Shown here: piece by piece, positions 40,369 through 51,749 of the stretch
Position numbering within the stretch: the stretch's first letter is position 1
Layout of the letters: every line of letters begins with the position of its first letter
Source of the DNA: Bryobacterales bacterium
Lineage (GTDB): Bacteria > Acidobacteriota > Terriglobia > Bryobacterales > UBA6623
DNA length: 64,000 nt
Assembly: GCA_963422375.2 (NCBI GenBank)
Contig: OY729428.2
Coordinates: 1,440,001-1,504,000, forward strand
Reading direction: 5' to 3'
Notes under the pieces: generated by a model
What the model was told of the DNA's origin: nothing
The model's database searches: none
The model's input: only the letters and a program-made list of their open reading frames with translations
Position numbers and translations under genes: made by a program

Positions 40369-41618
40369 GGAGTGCCCTGTCCGGCCGGGCGCGCTCGACG
40401 GCCCTCGTGACGAGACGTCTACCTGCGATACCACAAGGGAGACGATCACGGGGCAGGTGCAAGATGCGGCGACGCCGGCAATAGAGCGGGCGGGACCGAG
40501 GGGCGCGGGCAGCGCGTTGCGGTCGGCCAGAGCGGACCGGGAATCATTGGTGCCGTCGTTCACAGCTTCCGGCAGGTGCTCCGGCTCATCATTCGCGGAA
40601 TGCTGCTGCCCCTCTCGCACGAATGCCTCTACTCCAGCGACGCCGGCCCGGGCCTTGCGGACGGGGCCTGCGCTCTGGTGACAAGGCGCGAGCCGGCGGC
40701 GCGAGGCCCTTGATGCGCGGCAAGATCTTGGCAGGCCCGTTCCGTCGCTGTGAGGCGTACCCCTCGACGCGGTCACGGAAGCAGGCGAGCTTCTTCCCGC
40801 CGTCACCCCGAGGGTGCATCCGGATGCTTTGGTGCGACGGCCAAGATCGGGACAGCCCCGATTGACGGCCCGGCTTCCCGGCTCGGAAACCCTTGCCGTC
40901 GGCATCGCCGCGGTAGGCAGACCCTCTCTCCCGTCGCTCGCAGCCCAACATTGCGTGACCCCAGGACGAGTCACCGCCCACCGCGATGGCTCGGATGCGC
41001 CGCCACGGCCGCCGTGCGACCACGCCACCTCAGGACCAAGTCATGTGCGCAAAGGCGAGGCATTCACTTGAATTCAACTCGGAATTCCCAGACATTCCCG
41101 AACCGGAAGTAAGGGCCTTCGGCAGATCCAGAACTCGCCCCGCTCTCTCGACAACGGAAAGTCCGGGACTGCGTACCGTCTCACTTCCCGTGCAGGTTCG
41201 TTGCGGACCCGCCCCAAGGCGTCGACCAGATTCGGACTGGGCTACCCAAGGACGGGGTCGTGGCTCGTGCCCACGACCAAGTCGAATTCTCTTGGACGTT
41301 GGAACGGGGCGATAAGCTCAGCCCTGTTCGCCTCTCAGTCCATCGCGTCGACCGGCCGCCCAGCGTCTAGCTGATTGACCGGCTAGACGCTGGGCGGCAA
41401 TCCCCGCGCTCGGGTCGGGGCCTTGTATGGCTCGGTCGGCATTCGATTCGCAAACTACGCCAAGGGAGGCATATCCTGATCCGCTCGGACGCTTGTTAGG
41501 ACCACCTCTCCTGCTGTCCCCGCAGACTTGGGAAATCTGCTCGAGTCGAAGCGACAGGCATCGCGCCAACCCCGTCCGAATCGGAGTGGCCGTACGCCAA
41601 CGACTAGTGCGAAGCAGA

Positions 41619-41647
41619 ACGGTCGGGGTCTTGGCAACCCCGACCGT
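41619..41647 (-). terminator. Hairpin downstream of the TonB-dependent receptor
   Basis: 11-bp stem ACGGTCGGGGT / ACCCCGACCGT with a 7-nt loop, 6 bp past the stop. Confidence 0.6.
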
Positions 41648-41653
41648 CGGTCG

Positions 41654-44600
41654 CTAGAACCAGAAGTTGATCGCGTACTGGAAGATTCGCGGCCCGCCGC
41701 CTCGTCCGATGTTGCCGACGCGGGTGAAATAGCCGCCGCCGACCCCGTTGAACTGGCGGAATTCGTTCGTTTCCTGGAAATTCGTGCGGTTGAGCAGGTT
41801 GAAGGCCTCGATGCGCACTTGGATGCGCATGCCCTCGCGGAAGCCCGGGCGGAAGTTCTTCGACAGCGCGAGATTCATCGAGAACAGCCCGGGTCCGTCC
41901 AAGATGTTCCGGCCGGAGTTGCCGTGGGCGAATGCACCGTCAGGGCACACTGGCGGGTTGTCGCCTTCGGCCGGCGAGCAGGCCGGCACGCGCTCGAACG
42001 CTTGGGTCTGGAAGAACGGGTAGTCCGAACCGCGCTTCGCGCCTAGGGACGAATCGTCCCTCTGCAATCCGTTGCTCAGGCGGTGCGGGCGCTGCGAGTC
42101 CCCGAGATTGAGCGAGGTGTTCGCCGTGGTGATGGTGATCGGGCTACCAGAATACGATGTCTGCGTCCCCGAGAATTGCCAGCCGCCGAAGATGCCGTTC
42201 CTGGCCCGCCCCCAGTTCGCGCCCCAGCGCCGCTCTCTGCCGAACGGCAGGCGGTAGGAGCCGACCATGGTGAACACGTGGCGCCTGTCCCATGTCGAGC
42301 GCCCGCGCTCGAGCCGCAGGTTCCGGGAGTCGAGCGCGTTGGCGAAGTCCGTCGCGCCGCTGCCGTTGGTTCGCGAGCCATCGTCGATCGACTTCGAGAA
42401 CGAGTAGTTGACGCGCCAGAACACGCCCGCTCTGCTCCGCTTGCGCCACGACACGTTGGCCGCGTTGTAGTTGGAGTTCGAGCCCGTGTTGTAGAAGTTG
42501 ATCGCGTTCCAGCCGGCAATGGGACGCGCGAAGCCGTCTTCTCCCAAGAAGGATTCCAAGTTGCGGACGGGCTGGTTGGCGTCGTACCTGCGGAGCAGGA
42601 ACGTGCCCTTGGAGCCCCGGTAGTCGGCCTCGATGCTGGTCCCGCCCGGCAGTTCCCGCTCGACCGTGAAGTTCCAGGACTGCAGGTAGGCCTGGCTCGG
42701 ATCCTGCGTGATGCCGCTCGCGGAGGTCGTGCCGCCCACCCGGAGGCGGGCGTCGTCCGTCGGGTTCCGCAGCGAGATCAGGTCCGGGTTGTTGTTCACT
42801 CCCGGATAGTTCGTGTTGATCGTGAACGGGAATATGTTCCCTAGGCTGTTCCGGAACGGATTCAGGATCGTGCCCGCGATGTACAGCCCGTAACCCGTGC
42901 GGATGACGGTCCTGTTGCCGAGCCGGTAGGCGATGCCGAGGCGCGGGGTGAAGTTGTTCCAGTCCGTGTTGATGACCGAGCGGGAGAGTCCCAGCTCCGA
43001 GGCCGTGAGAAACTGCCCGGCCAGGTCGTAGCTTGCGGTCAGTTCGTCGAAATTATCGGGCAGGTTCCGGTCGCTCGCCAGCACCACCTTGTTGTGCTCG
43101 AGATTGTAGCTGCCCATCTTGTCGTTGACATCCCACGGCATTCGATTGACTTCCCAGCGCATGCCGACGTTCATCGTCAGGTTCGGCGTGACCTTCCAGT
43201 CGTCGTTGACGAATCCTCCTAACGCGATCTGTCGCCAGTCAGGCGAGTTGACGCCGCGCCGGATGTTGGTGTTGTGAAGCCAGCCTAGGTACAAGTCGGC
43301 GACCGGGCTGTTCGTGCGCCTCCCGCGGAAGCGGTAGTCGCCCCGGGCGTTGTTGACGCCGGGGCGGGCGTACACGACGTAGTTGAGGTTGAAGCCGTAC
43401 TTGATCGTGTGGCTGCCGACGATGTGGTTCATCTTGAAGCTAGCCTGCGTGTCCCCCACGTCCGTGATGACGGGCTGGTTCGCCGCCGTTCCGATCGTGA
43501 CGTGATTGTCGGTGCGTACCCGCGGGAAGTCGTCGATTCCGGGATACTTCTGGCGATCGGATTCGGAAATGAAGTTATGCAGGCCAAGTTCCTCTACGAT
43601 GTTCGTGTCGGCGAACGCGCCTCGCTGGAAAACGTCGTTGCCGCTGAACCCCATCCGGACCTCCAGGATGGTCGTCGGATTGAACATGTGGGTGTAGTCC
43701 GCGCCCAGCAAGTAGCGGTTGTCGTCGATTATGTTGCCGAATTGCGGCAGGTTGCTGGAGCCGCCGAACGGATTCTCGCCGTTGAACGCACGGTACTGCA
43801 TGCGGCCCGCCAGCTTGTTGCCCCCGACCTGCTGGTCAATCTTGACGAGGATGCTGTCGAAGTTGTCGTTGTCGTTGTCGACAACCCGATAGTTCAGGAG
43901 GTCGCGGCGCAGCCCGAGATTCGGGTTCGGATACTCCTGCAGCAGTCGCGCGGCGATCGGGTCGCGCCTGCTGGGCGGGACGATGTCGTTGGGGAAGCAG
44001 GAATTCGTCCGGCCTTGTCGCACTAGGTTGGCGTTGCAGCCTCCCTTGGCGAGGCGGTCGCGGATAAGGAATCTGTTCTGCAGGCCGTCCAGCACGGCTT
44101 GGTCGGTCGTATCGACCGAGTTGTCCACGTTGATCAAGTTGATCGTCCGGCTGAAGTCGCCGGCCTGCTCCATCTCCGTCGGGACTCGGCCTAGGCGCGT
44201 CTGCTCCTGGTTGCGACGCTGCAGCTCGTAGCTCAGCATGAAGAACGTCTTGTTCTTCACGATCGGGCCGTGAGCGGTGGCCGAGAATTGATTCTGGTTC
44301 AGTTTGGTCTTTTCTCCCTCGAAGAACGCTCTGGCGTCCAACACGTCGTTGCGGAGGAAGTAGCTGACCTTGCCGTGCAGGTCGTTCGTCCCCGAGCGCA
44401 GCGACATGTTGAGGATGCCCCCGGCCATGCGCCCGTACTCGGCCGAGTACCCCGACACCTCCATCTTGAATTCCTGCAGCGCGTCGATATTGGGGCGCAC
44501 TTGCGCGGCGCCGCCCTGCACGTTGCGGTTGTCGAAGCCGTCGACGTAGAAGTTGGTGTTGGTCGGGCGGGCCCCGTTGATCGACGCGAACGAGCCCTGC

Positions 44601-45103
44601 GCGCTGCCTCTCGGCACCACGCCCGGCACGAAGAACGCCAGATCGGTGAAGTCGCGCCCGTTCAGCGGCAGTTCCTGAATCTCTTCCTGCACGATCACGT
44701 CACCCTTGATCATGCCGTTTTCCGTGTTGAGCGTCACCATCTGGGCGTCGACGGTGACGGACTCCGTGACTTGCCCGATCTGGAGCATCACGTCGACCCG
44801 CCGGTTGTCGGCTGTCCGGAGGATGATCCCCTGCTCGACGTGCTGCTGGAATCCGTCCGACGTGACGATCAGCTGATAGTCGCCGGGAATCAGGGCCGGG
44901 AACGTGAAGCTCCCGACTTCGTTCGTGGACTGGTCGCGAGAGACCGCGGTGCCCGTGTTGATGACCGTCACGTCGGCCCCGGGAATGACGCCCCCGTCCG
45001 TGTCCGTCACCGTCCCGGTCAGCGTCGCCAGATTCGACTGGCCGAATCCCATCGGAATCAGCAGAGTCGAGAGCGCGCCGACCACCAGTAGCAATCTGTG
45101 CAT
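41654..45103 (-). CDS. Oar-like TonB-dependent receptor with carboxypeptidase-regulatory N-domain
   Basis: GTVTD.DGGVIPGA, LPLNGR, YSAEYG, SGTN.LHG, D.NNFTPRLG, GRNIL.GPG; C-terminal Phe; SD AAGGAGG. Confidence 0.95.
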   Translation of the reverse strand: MHRLLLVVGALSTLLIPMGFGQSNLATLTGTVTDTDGGVIPGADVTVINTGTAVSRDQSTNEVGSFTFPALIPGDYQLIVTSDGFQQHVEQGIILRTADNRRVDVMLQIGQVTESVTVDAQMVTLNTENGMIKGDVIVQEEIQELPLNGRDFTDLAFFVPGVVPRGSAQGSFASINGARPTNTNFYVDGFDNRNVQGGAAQVRPNIDALQEFKMEVSGYSAEYGRMAGGILNMSLRSGTNDLHGKVSYFLRNDVLDARAFFEGEKTKLNQNQFSATAHGPIVKNKTFFMLSYELQRRNQEQTRLGRVPTEMEQAGDFSRTINLINVDNSVDTTDQAVLDGLQNRFLIRDRLAKGGCNANLVRQGRTNSCFPNDIVPPSRRDPIAARLLQEYPNPNLGLRRDLLNYRVVDNDNDNFDSILVKIDQQVGGNKLAGRMQYRAFNGENPFGGSSNLPQFGNIIDDNRYLLGADYTHMFNPTTILEVRMGFSGNDVFQRGAFADTNIVEELGLHNFISESDRQKYPGIDDFPRVRTDNHVTIGTAANQPVITDVGDTQASFKMNHIVGSHTIKYGFNLNYVVYARPGVNNARGDYRFRGRRTNSPVADLYLGWLHNTNIRRGVNSPDWRQIALGGFVNDDWKVTPNLTMNVGMRWEVNRMPWDVNDKMGSYNLEHNKVVLASDRNLPDNFDELTASYDLAGQFLTASELGLSRSVINTDWNNFTPRLGIAYRLGNRTVIRTGYGLYIAGTILNPFRNSLGNIFPFTINTNYPGVNNNPDLISLRNPTDDARLRVGGTTSASGITQDPSQAYLQSWNFTVERELPGGTSIEADYRGSKGTFLLRRYDANQPVRNLESFLGEDGFARPIAGWNAINFYNTGSNSNYNAANVSWRKRSRAGVFWRVNYSFSKSIDDGSRTNGSGATDFANALDSRNLRLERGRSTWDRRHVFTMVGSYRLPFGRERRWGANWGRARNGIFGGWQFSGTQTSYSGSPITITTANTSLNLGDSQRPHRLSNGLQRDDSSLGAKRGSDYPFFQTQAFERVPACSPAEGDNPPVCPDGAFAHGNSGRNILDGPGLFSMNLALSKNFRPGFREGMRIQVRIEAFNLLNRTNFQETNEFRQFNGVGGGYFTRVGNIGRGGGPRIFQYAINFWF

Positions 45104-45807
45104 GAATGAATCCTCCTTAATTCAAATCGGGCTCGCACACCTACGCCGAGACCCTACCCCAAATGCAGTCTAGCGCGTCCGCAAGCGTTTGTCATCACGG
45201 AAGCGGCCGGAAGCTTGGGCGAATCCGGAATCGATGGCCTCTGTCGCAGCGCGACGCTCGCGAGCGCCGGCAGCGCCTTCCGCTCGCCACGGCCTCCTGC
45301 AGTTGCGGCGCCCTTGGCGCAATCAGGCAGTGGCCGGTGAGGCGGGATGACGGATGCAACTTCGCAAGCACGCGCGACGGTTGACGGCCGCAGCCACCAT
45401 CGGAATCCCGTCTGAGCGCCCTAGATGCGCGCTTGCCGGCGCGTGTCGCTGCATTGGTGCCGGCTTGACCGGTAAGGCGCTGCCGCATCGCTGCGACAAG
45501 TTGACCGGACGCGGACGAATCGCTGCGGTTCGCCGGGGGATCCGCGAGACTCCACCGGTTTGAGCTGCAGGCTTGCGTCGATAGGATGGCCATGCTCGCT
45601 GCATTCAACGTTACGCAAGAGCGAGGGATTCGACCGCAACTTCGGGTCGAGGAGGATGGCGTCCGGACGCAATGAGACCCGGCCAGTCAGCGTCCCGGGC
45701 GGTGGCCGGCGTTGCGGGAGGCCGACGCCCGTTAGTGCGACTCCGTTGTCCGACAAGCGGGCCCGCTTGCCGTGGACCGCCGCGTTACCCGGCAACGGCG
45801 TCCGGGG

Positions 45808-47007
45808 CTAGACGGACTCCAGGGCCTGCGCGACGTCGGCTGCGATGTCTTCCGCCGCTTCGATGCCTACCGAGAATCGAACCAAGTTGTCGCGGATCCC
45901 CAGTCGCTGCCGCCGCTTCGCGCCCATGCTCCTGTGGGTGGTGGTCGCCGGGTGGCTGACGAGGGAGTGAACGTCGCCTAGACTCAGCGTCCTCACGACC
46001 AGCTGCAGTGCGTTCATGAACCGGAAGGTTCCCTCTTGGCCAGCGTCCCGCACCTCGAAGCTAACCATCCCGCCGCACATCGGGATCCCGTCCGAATCGG
46101 GGTCGAAGAGCCTCGTTGCGACCGCATGGTCCGGGTGGCTCTCCAGGCCGGGATAGCAGACCGCTGCCGCCATGCGGTGACTCTCGAGCGTGCGGGCGAC
46201 GTGCAGCGCGTTGCGGCAATGCTCCTGCATGCGCATCGGGAGCGTCCTCACGCCCCGAGAGGCGAGGAAGCATTGGAACGGGCCGAGGGTGGGGCCGAGG
46301 TGGCGTCCCAGTTCCCGCATGTATTCCGCATGGAGGTCCCGGCACACGGCGATCCCCCCCAGCACGTCGGCATGCCCCGCCATGTACTTCGTCGCGCTGT
46401 GGACAACGATGTCCGCGCCGAGGTCCAGCGGCCGCATCAGGGCGGGGGTCGTGAACGTCGCGTCCACCACGACCGGCACGCCCCGCTGGCGCGCCAGGTC
46501 GCAGATCAGGTCCAGCGGCGGCACCCGGAGCAGCGGATTCGAGACAGTCTCGATCAGGACGCAGCCGGTCTCGTCCCGGTCCAGGGCCCGCTCGTACGCC
46601 TCCGAGTCGCAAGGATCGACGAAGCGGGCCATGACGCCCTGCTGCTCCATCAGCTGCAGCAGCTGGTATGTCTGGCCGAACATGACGTTGGCCGTGAGGA
46701 CCGTTGGCGCTCGGTCGCGCATGGCCGCGAGCAGCCCGACGTGGAGGGCGGCCATGCCCGAGCTGCACGCCAACCCCGTTCCGCCCCCCTCCAGCGCGGC
46801 GACCTGCTTTTCCAGCGCGGCGGCGGCGGGGCCGCCGTAGCGCTGGTAGACGAATCCGGCGAGCTCCCCGTTCGCCACGGCCGCCATGTCCCGGGCGTCG
46901 CGGTAGTGAAAGCTCGCCGCCATCTCCAGCGGCGGGGCGGACGGGGCGAACGGCTGGCCGCCAGCGTCCGGCAGGCAGGCGTGAATAGCCACGGTCTGCT
47001 GCTTCAT
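45808..47007 (-). CDS. Cys/Met metabolism PLP-dependent enzyme (MetZ/MetB-like)
   Basis: SSGMAA, ETVSNP, VDAT, HSATKY, SLGD; Phe (MFG) at the usual Tyr position. Confidence 0.88.
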   Translation of the reverse strand: MKQQTVAIHACLPDAGGQPFAPSAPPLEMAASFHYRDARDMAAVANGELAGFVYQRYGGPAAAALEKQVAALEGGGTGLACSSGMAALHVGLLAAMRDRAPTVLTANVMFGQTYQLLQLMEQQGVMARFVDPCDSEAYERALDRDETGCVLIETVSNPLLRVPPLDLICDLARQRGVPVVVDATFTTPALMRPLDLGADIVVHSATKYMAGHADVLGGIAVCRDLHAEYMRELGRHLGPTLGPFQCFLASRGVRTLPMRMQEHCRNALHVARTLESHRMAAAVCYPGLESHPDHAVATRLFDPDSDGIPMCGGMVSFEVRDAGQEGTFRFMNALQLVVRTLSLGDVHSLVSHPATTTHRSMGAKRRQRLGIRDNLVRFSVGIEAAEDIAADVAQALESV

Positions 47008-48182
47008 GCTGCCTCCAAGGCCTGCTCGAGGTCGGCCAGAATGTCTTCGGCGTCCTCGCCTCCGATGGAGAGCCGGACCAGCCCGTCGGTGATGCCCAGG
47101 CCTGCCCGCGCCTCTTCCGACAGCATCCGGTGCGTGGTGCTGGCCGGATGGATCGCCAGGGTCGTGAGGTCTCCGATGCTTGCTGAGGTCGCCACGAGGC
47201 GCAACCGCCCGAGGAAGGCGAACGCGCCTTGCTCGCCGCCCTTGACGTCTACGCCGACGGCGCCGCCCGCCTGCCCCGGCGGCATGATGCGAGTGACCGT
47301 CGCGGAGTCCGGGTGGAGCGGATCGCCCGGATAGAGAATGCGTTCGAGCGCGGGATGATCCTGCAGCCTCTCGAAAACCCGCCGGGCGTTGCTGCAGTGG
47401 TGCCGCATCCGCAGCGGCAGCGTCTTGATGCCTCTCATCGTGAGGAACGACTCGAAAGGGCCGAGGGTGCCTCCCAGGCAGCGGTGCGTGTGCCGGAGCT
47501 CATCGAGGCGCTCCGTCGGCGCGGCGACGATGCCTGACAGCACGTCCCCGTGGCCCCCGAGGTACTTGGTGGCGCTGTGGATGACCATGTCCGCGCCGTG
47601 CTTGAAGGGCTTGATCATCAGGGGAGTGAAGGTGTTGTCGACCAGTAGCAGCGCTCCCGCGGCCGTCGCGATCTCGCTGATCCGGTCAAGGTCGGCCACG
47701 CGCAGGCAAGGGTTCGTGACGGTTTCGGTGATCAGCAGGGCCGGCCGGGCCTCGAGCACGGCCGCCTCCAGCGCGTCCGGGTCGCAGAAGTCGCAGAACT
47801 TCACCGCGACGCCGGAGGCCGGCAGCACGGTCTGCAGCAGCTCCAGGCTGCCTCCGTAGAGCACGTTGGCGGCGACGATCGACTGCCGGCGGTCCAGCAT
47901 TCCCGCCATCAGGGCGAGATGCACGGCTGCCATGCCGGAGGCCGTCGCGAAGGCCCCGTCCGCGCCCTCCAGCATGGCGACCTGCTCTTCCAGCGCACTG
48001 GCGCTGGGATTGCCCATCCGCGCGTACGTCATGCCCGGCCGCTCGTCGGCAAACACGTCGGCCAGCTCCTCCATCGTGTCGTAGAAGAAGCTCGACGAGG
48101 CGTAAATCGGCGTCGAAACAGGCGTGTAGTCAGCGAGTCTCTGGCGGTCGCCGGCGTGGACAAGCGATGTCTGGATTTTCAT
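47004..48182 (-). CDS. Cys/Met metabolism PLP-dependent enzyme (cystathionine gamma-synthase/methionine gamma-lyase-like)
   Basis: YARMGNP, SGMAA, LYGG, DNTF, HSATKYLGGHGD; ATGA overlap with the downstream paralog. Confidence 0.9.
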   Translation of the reverse strand: MKIQTSLVHAGDRQRLADYTPVSTPIYASSSFFYDTMEELADVFADERPGMTYARMGNPSASALEEQVAMLEGADGAFATASGMAAVHLALMAGMLDRRQSIVAANVLYGGSLELLQTVLPASGVAVKFCDFCDPDALEAAVLEARPALLITETVTNPCLRVADLDRISEIATAAGALLLVDNTFTPLMIKPFKHGADMVIHSATKYLGGHGDVLSGIVAAPTERLDELRHTHRCLGGTLGPFESFLTMRGIKTLPLRMRHHCSNARRVFERLQDHPALERILYPGDPLHPDSATVTRIMPPGQAGGAVGVDVKGGEQGAFAFLGRLRLVATSASIGDLTTLAIHPASTTHRMLSEEARAGLGITDGLVRLSIGGEDAEDILADLEQALEAA

Positions 48183-48962
48183 GTGGGCCAGGGCCGCAAC
48201 ACTCAGTATACGTTTCGCTTCCCGACCGTTGCGTGGGTGTCTCCCGGCCTCGCTCCGCTCGCGATTAGGGAATCCGTTCGGCGCGGCTCGTGCGAGGGCA
48301 CGCCGGCGGAATTCACTGCTCGACCGGCAACTCGACTCCAGCGGGCGGGATTGCCGAGCGTCGGGCCCGCGGCTCGGGTCGCCTGGCGCGGACCGCCTGC
48401 GACCCCGAGCCTGGCGCTCGTCGATCCCGTGGGCAACCAAGCCGATCCCTGCAAGTGGGTCTCGGGACTTCCTCGCGTGTCAAGCCTCGGGCGGACCGCC
48501 GGGCAGCATCTTCGAACAAGCTCGCCGCAGACACGTCTCTCTCGTTGGAAGTGACGCTCCGGCGCCGGGTCTGCCCGGCTCGCGGGACAGCGCGACGGGA
48601 TTCGCCGGCGTATCGGTGACCGGCCAACGCCTCCGCCTCCCCTGAAACGGACTCCTTGGGACGGTCTTCGATGAGTTCCGCGGAAGCGGCTTCCCTCCGG
48701 GGATGGCCATCGTGGGGAGCGGTTCGCGCGGGCTCCTCCTACCGCTATGGCGCACTGCGGAGCCGAATGCCAGCCGGGCTCATTCATGCCGCAACGCCGG
48801 GCCGCTTGCTTGATGCTCGCGGGACGAGGTGCCGGGCCGCAGGCGTCCCTGGCGAGGCGAGGGGATTGCACGGCAAGTCCGCTTCGGTTACGGGGCGGAC
48901 TCGCTCCCGCAGGGCGAGCGGCCTCTGGTGTACGGCGAAAGTCGGCAGGCGGCTGGTTCGGC

Positions 48963-49751
48963 CTATCGCCTTTGCTCGCGGACCGACGGCGCCGATCCGC
49001 CGCGCGTGCCGGGGAGGCTCGATGGCAATTGCCTGCCGACGGCCCTGCCGTTCACAGTGCCGGTTTCATCCGGTGCACGGTCCGCTCTCGCGGCCCGGCC
49101 GGTCGAGTCACTCAGGAACCTCCGGACGACCTTGGCCACGTAGGCGACGGTCTCGTCGTACGGCGGGATCCCGCCGTGCTCGTCCACCCTCGCGGGACCG
49201 GCGTTGTAGGCGGCCAGCGCCCTCGTCAGCTGGTCGCGTCTGCCTTCGAAACGGTCCAGCAGCTGCCCCAGGTAGCGACTGCCGCCTCGCAGGTTGTCGG
49301 TCGGGTCGGACGGGTCCACTCCAAGCTCGGCTGCCGTTCCAGGCATCAGTTGCATCAGGCCGAGCGCGCCCTTCGGAGACACGGCATCTGGGCGGAAGCC
49401 CGATTCGGCCCAGACGACGGCGCGAAGCAGGTCGCGCGGCAGCCCGGCTTCGTCTGCGATCCCGGCAATGCGAGCGTCCAGCGAATCCGCTTGGCGCGGC
49501 TCGGGCTGCGGTTGGGAATCCCGGGCCGCGCCAGTCCGCCCGGTGTCTTCCTGCTCCACGCGCAGAACTTCCTCGACAGGAACCGCGATCCAGCCCCCGT
49601 TCGCGAGCAGCAGCTTGGCGTGCTCCGGACCCGGCACGAGGCGCTCGCCTTCCAAGCGGAAGCCGTTCCGCAGCACGACGGTCTCCGCTGCCGAGGCCGC
49701 CGCCGCCGCCAGCAGGCAAGCCGCTAGACGCTTCCGCCCGCCCTGGTGCAT
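48963..49751 (-). CDS. Lytic transglycosylase (SLT domain)
   Basis: AESGF...[31 protein letters not shown]. Confidence 0.92.
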   Translation of the reverse strand: MHQGGRKRLAACLLAAAAASAAETVVLRNGFRLEGERLVPGPEHAKLLLANGGWIAVPVEEVLRVEQEDTGRTGAARDSQPQPEPRQADSLDARIAGIADEAGLPRDLLRAVVWAESGFRPDAVSPKGALGLMQLMPGTAAELGVDPSDPTDNLRGGSRYLGQLLDRFEGRRDQLTRALAAYNAGPARVDEHGGIPPYDETVAYVAKVVRRFLSDSTGRAARADRAPDETGTVNGRAVGRQLPSSLPGTRGGSAPSVREQRR

Positions 49752-49761
49752 ACTGGCTTCA

Positions 49762-50994
49762 TTGCATCACACGACGTTCGTTTCTCACTTGGCGTGCAGT
49801 CGCACCAACGAGCGGCTACCTGCCGGCCAGCTGCATGGACTCTCGCCGCAAGGCGCCCCGTTGCTGGTCCGCTACGACCTCGCGCGCGCCGGGCGCGATC
49901 TGGACCGCGACACCGTCGAGCGCGGCCCCGATTCGCTGTGGCGCTACGCTCCGCTGCTGCCCCTGCGTGATCTCGCCAACACGGTCACGCTGGGCGAGGG
50001 CATGACGCCGCTCCTACCCGCTCCCCGGCTCGGGGCCCGCATCGGCTGCCGGCGCCTGCTGGTGAAGGATGAGAGCGCGAACCCGACCGGAACATTCAAG
50101 GCGCGGGGCATGGCCGCAGCCGTGTCCATGGCCAGCGAGCTCGGCGTCAAGAAGCTGGCCGCTCCGTCTGCCGGGAACGCCGCCAGCGCCCTGGCCGCCT
50201 ATTCCGCCCGGGCGGGCATGGAGGCGAATCTATTCATGCCCCGCGACGTGCCCTTCGCCAATGTGGTCGAGTGCCGCGCAATGGGCGCCCGCGTCACGCT
50301 GGTCGACGGACTGATCAGCGACTGCGGGCGCATCGTCGCCGAACGGGCCGAGGACGAGGGATGGTTTGACGTTGCCACCCTCAAGGAGCCCTACCGCATC
50401 GAAGGCAAGAAGACCATGGGCTTCGAACTCGCCGAGCAGCTCGGCTGGCGGCTGCCCGACGCCGTCCTGTACCCGACCGGCGGCGGCGTCGGCCTGATCG
50501 GCATGTGGAAGGCCTTCGCCGAGCTGGAGGAACTCGGCTGGGTCGGATCCCGGCGGCCCAAGATGATCGCCGTCCAGGCCGCCGGCTGCGCTCCCATCGT
50601 GCGTGCCTGGGAAGCGGGCGAGCGCCAGTCCGAGTATTGGCGGAACGCCTCGACGGTCGCGAGCGGCCTGCGCGTGCCGAAGGCTAGGGGGGATTTCCTG
50701 GTGCTTGACGCTCTCCGCGAGAGTGACGGAACCGCCGTCGCCATCGGCGATCAGGAAATTCTCGATGCCGGGCTGCTGCTTGCCGAGTCCGAGGGAATGT
50801 TCACCGCGCCGGAGGGCGCGGCCTGCGTCGCGGCTGCCCGCCGGCTGGTGCAGAGCCGCTTCCTCGACCGGGACGAGGAGATCGTGATCTTCAAGACGGG
50901 CACCGGCCTGAAGTATCTCGATGCGTGGGAGACGCGCTTCGAGCCCGAACCTTCCGCCATGGACCGCTTGGGCGGCTTGGTCGTGCCCCGGTGA
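49762..50994 (+). CDS. thrC: Threonine synthase (fold-type II PLP)
   Basis: [41 protein letters not shown] start inferred. Confidence 0.85.
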   Translation: MHHTTFVSHLACSRTNERLPAGQLHGLSPQGAPLLVRYDLARAGRDLDRDTVERGPDSLWRYAPLLPLRDLANTVTLGEGMTPLLPAPRLGARIGCRRLLVKDESANPTGTFKARGMAAAVSMASELGVKKLAAPSAGNAASALAAYSARAGMEANLFMPRDVPFANVVECRAMGARVTLVDGLISDCGRIVAERAEDEGWFDVATLKEPYRIEGKKTMGFELAEQLGWRLPDAVLYPTGGGVGLIGMWKAFAELEELGWVGSRRPKMIAVQAAGCAPIVRAWEAGERQSEYWRNASTVASGLRVPKARGDFLVLDALRESDGTAVAIGDQEILDAGLLLAESEGMFTAPEGAACVAAARRLVQSRFLDRDEEIVIFKTGTGLKYLDAWETRFEPEPSAMDRLGGLVVPR

Positions 50995-51020
50995 GAGCGG
51001 CTGCGAGAATCGGGAATGCC

Positions 51021-51749
51021 ATGCGCGTTCGAGTGCTGTTCTTCGGCCAGCTGAGAGAGTTCGTCGGGCGGTCGTGCGACGAGATCGACTTGGATGGCGG
51101 CGCGTCGCTCGGAACGCTATTCCAAAGCTACGCGGCCCGCTTCCCGAAGCTCGCGGGCATGGCCGGCAGCGTCGCGATGGCGCGCAACCAGCGCTTCGCT
51201 CCTCCGGGCGAGGCGCTGGAGGACGGTGACGAGGTGGCGATCATGCCGCCCGTGAGCGGCGGGCGCGGCTGGCTCGCCAGCGCCGAGGCTGGCGGGGTCT
51301 TCGCGGCCGTGACGGAGGAAGAGATCGCAACCAAGGCCTTGGCGGAGCGCATCCAAGGCGACGGCGACGGCGCCGTGATCGTCTTCGAGGGAGTTGTCCG
51401 CAACAACACCGGGGGGCGTCGTACCCTGTTCCTGGACTACGAGTGCTTCGTGCCGCTCGCCCTGCGGCAGCTAGGGGAAATCGGCAGGGGTATTCTTAAA
51501 CGGCATCGCGTCCACGCGATCGCTCTGGTGCATCGCATCGGCCGCTTGCAGGTCCGCGAGGCGAGCGTCGCGATCGTGGTGGCTTCGGCGCACCGCCGGG
51601 CTGCGTTCGAGGCGAGCCGCGACGCGATTGACGAGGTCAAGTGCAAGGTGCCCGTCTGGAAAAAGGAGCACTTCGCCGACGGCGAAGTCTGGGTGGAAGG
51701 CCAGTGGGACGAGTCAGTGCCGCGCGCGGCTTCGCCGGCAGCAGCCTAG
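51021..51749 (+). CDS. moaE: MoaD-MoaE fusion (molybdopterin synthase)
   Basis: VRVLFF...DGDEVAIMPPVSGG followed by GAVIVFEGVVR, HRIGRL, SAHR, VPVWKKE. Confidence 0.92.
   Translation: MRVRVLFFGQLREFVGRSCDEIDLDGGASLGTLFQSYAARFPKLAGMAGSVAMARNQRFAPPGEALEDGDEVAIMPPVSGGRGWLASAEAGGVFAAVTEEEIATKALAERIQGDGDGAVIVFEGVVRNNTGGRRTLFLDYECFVPLALRQLGEIGRGILKRHRVHAIALVHRIGRLQVREASVAIVVASAHRRAAFEASRDAIDEVKCKVPVWKKEHFADGEVWVEGQWDESVPRAASPAAA

Noticed and set aside
41156..41170. GGAAAGTCCGGG resembling RNase P RNA
   Set aside because: The other conserved RNase P segments are absent.
45104..45807. Cobalamin or TPP riboswitch upstream of the TonB-dependent receptor
   Set aside because: No B12-box or TPP consensus seen.
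48183..48960. SAM riboswitch upstream of the Cys/Met enzymes
   Set aside because: No SAM-I/II core motifs recognised; a TATACT -10 lies close to the start.
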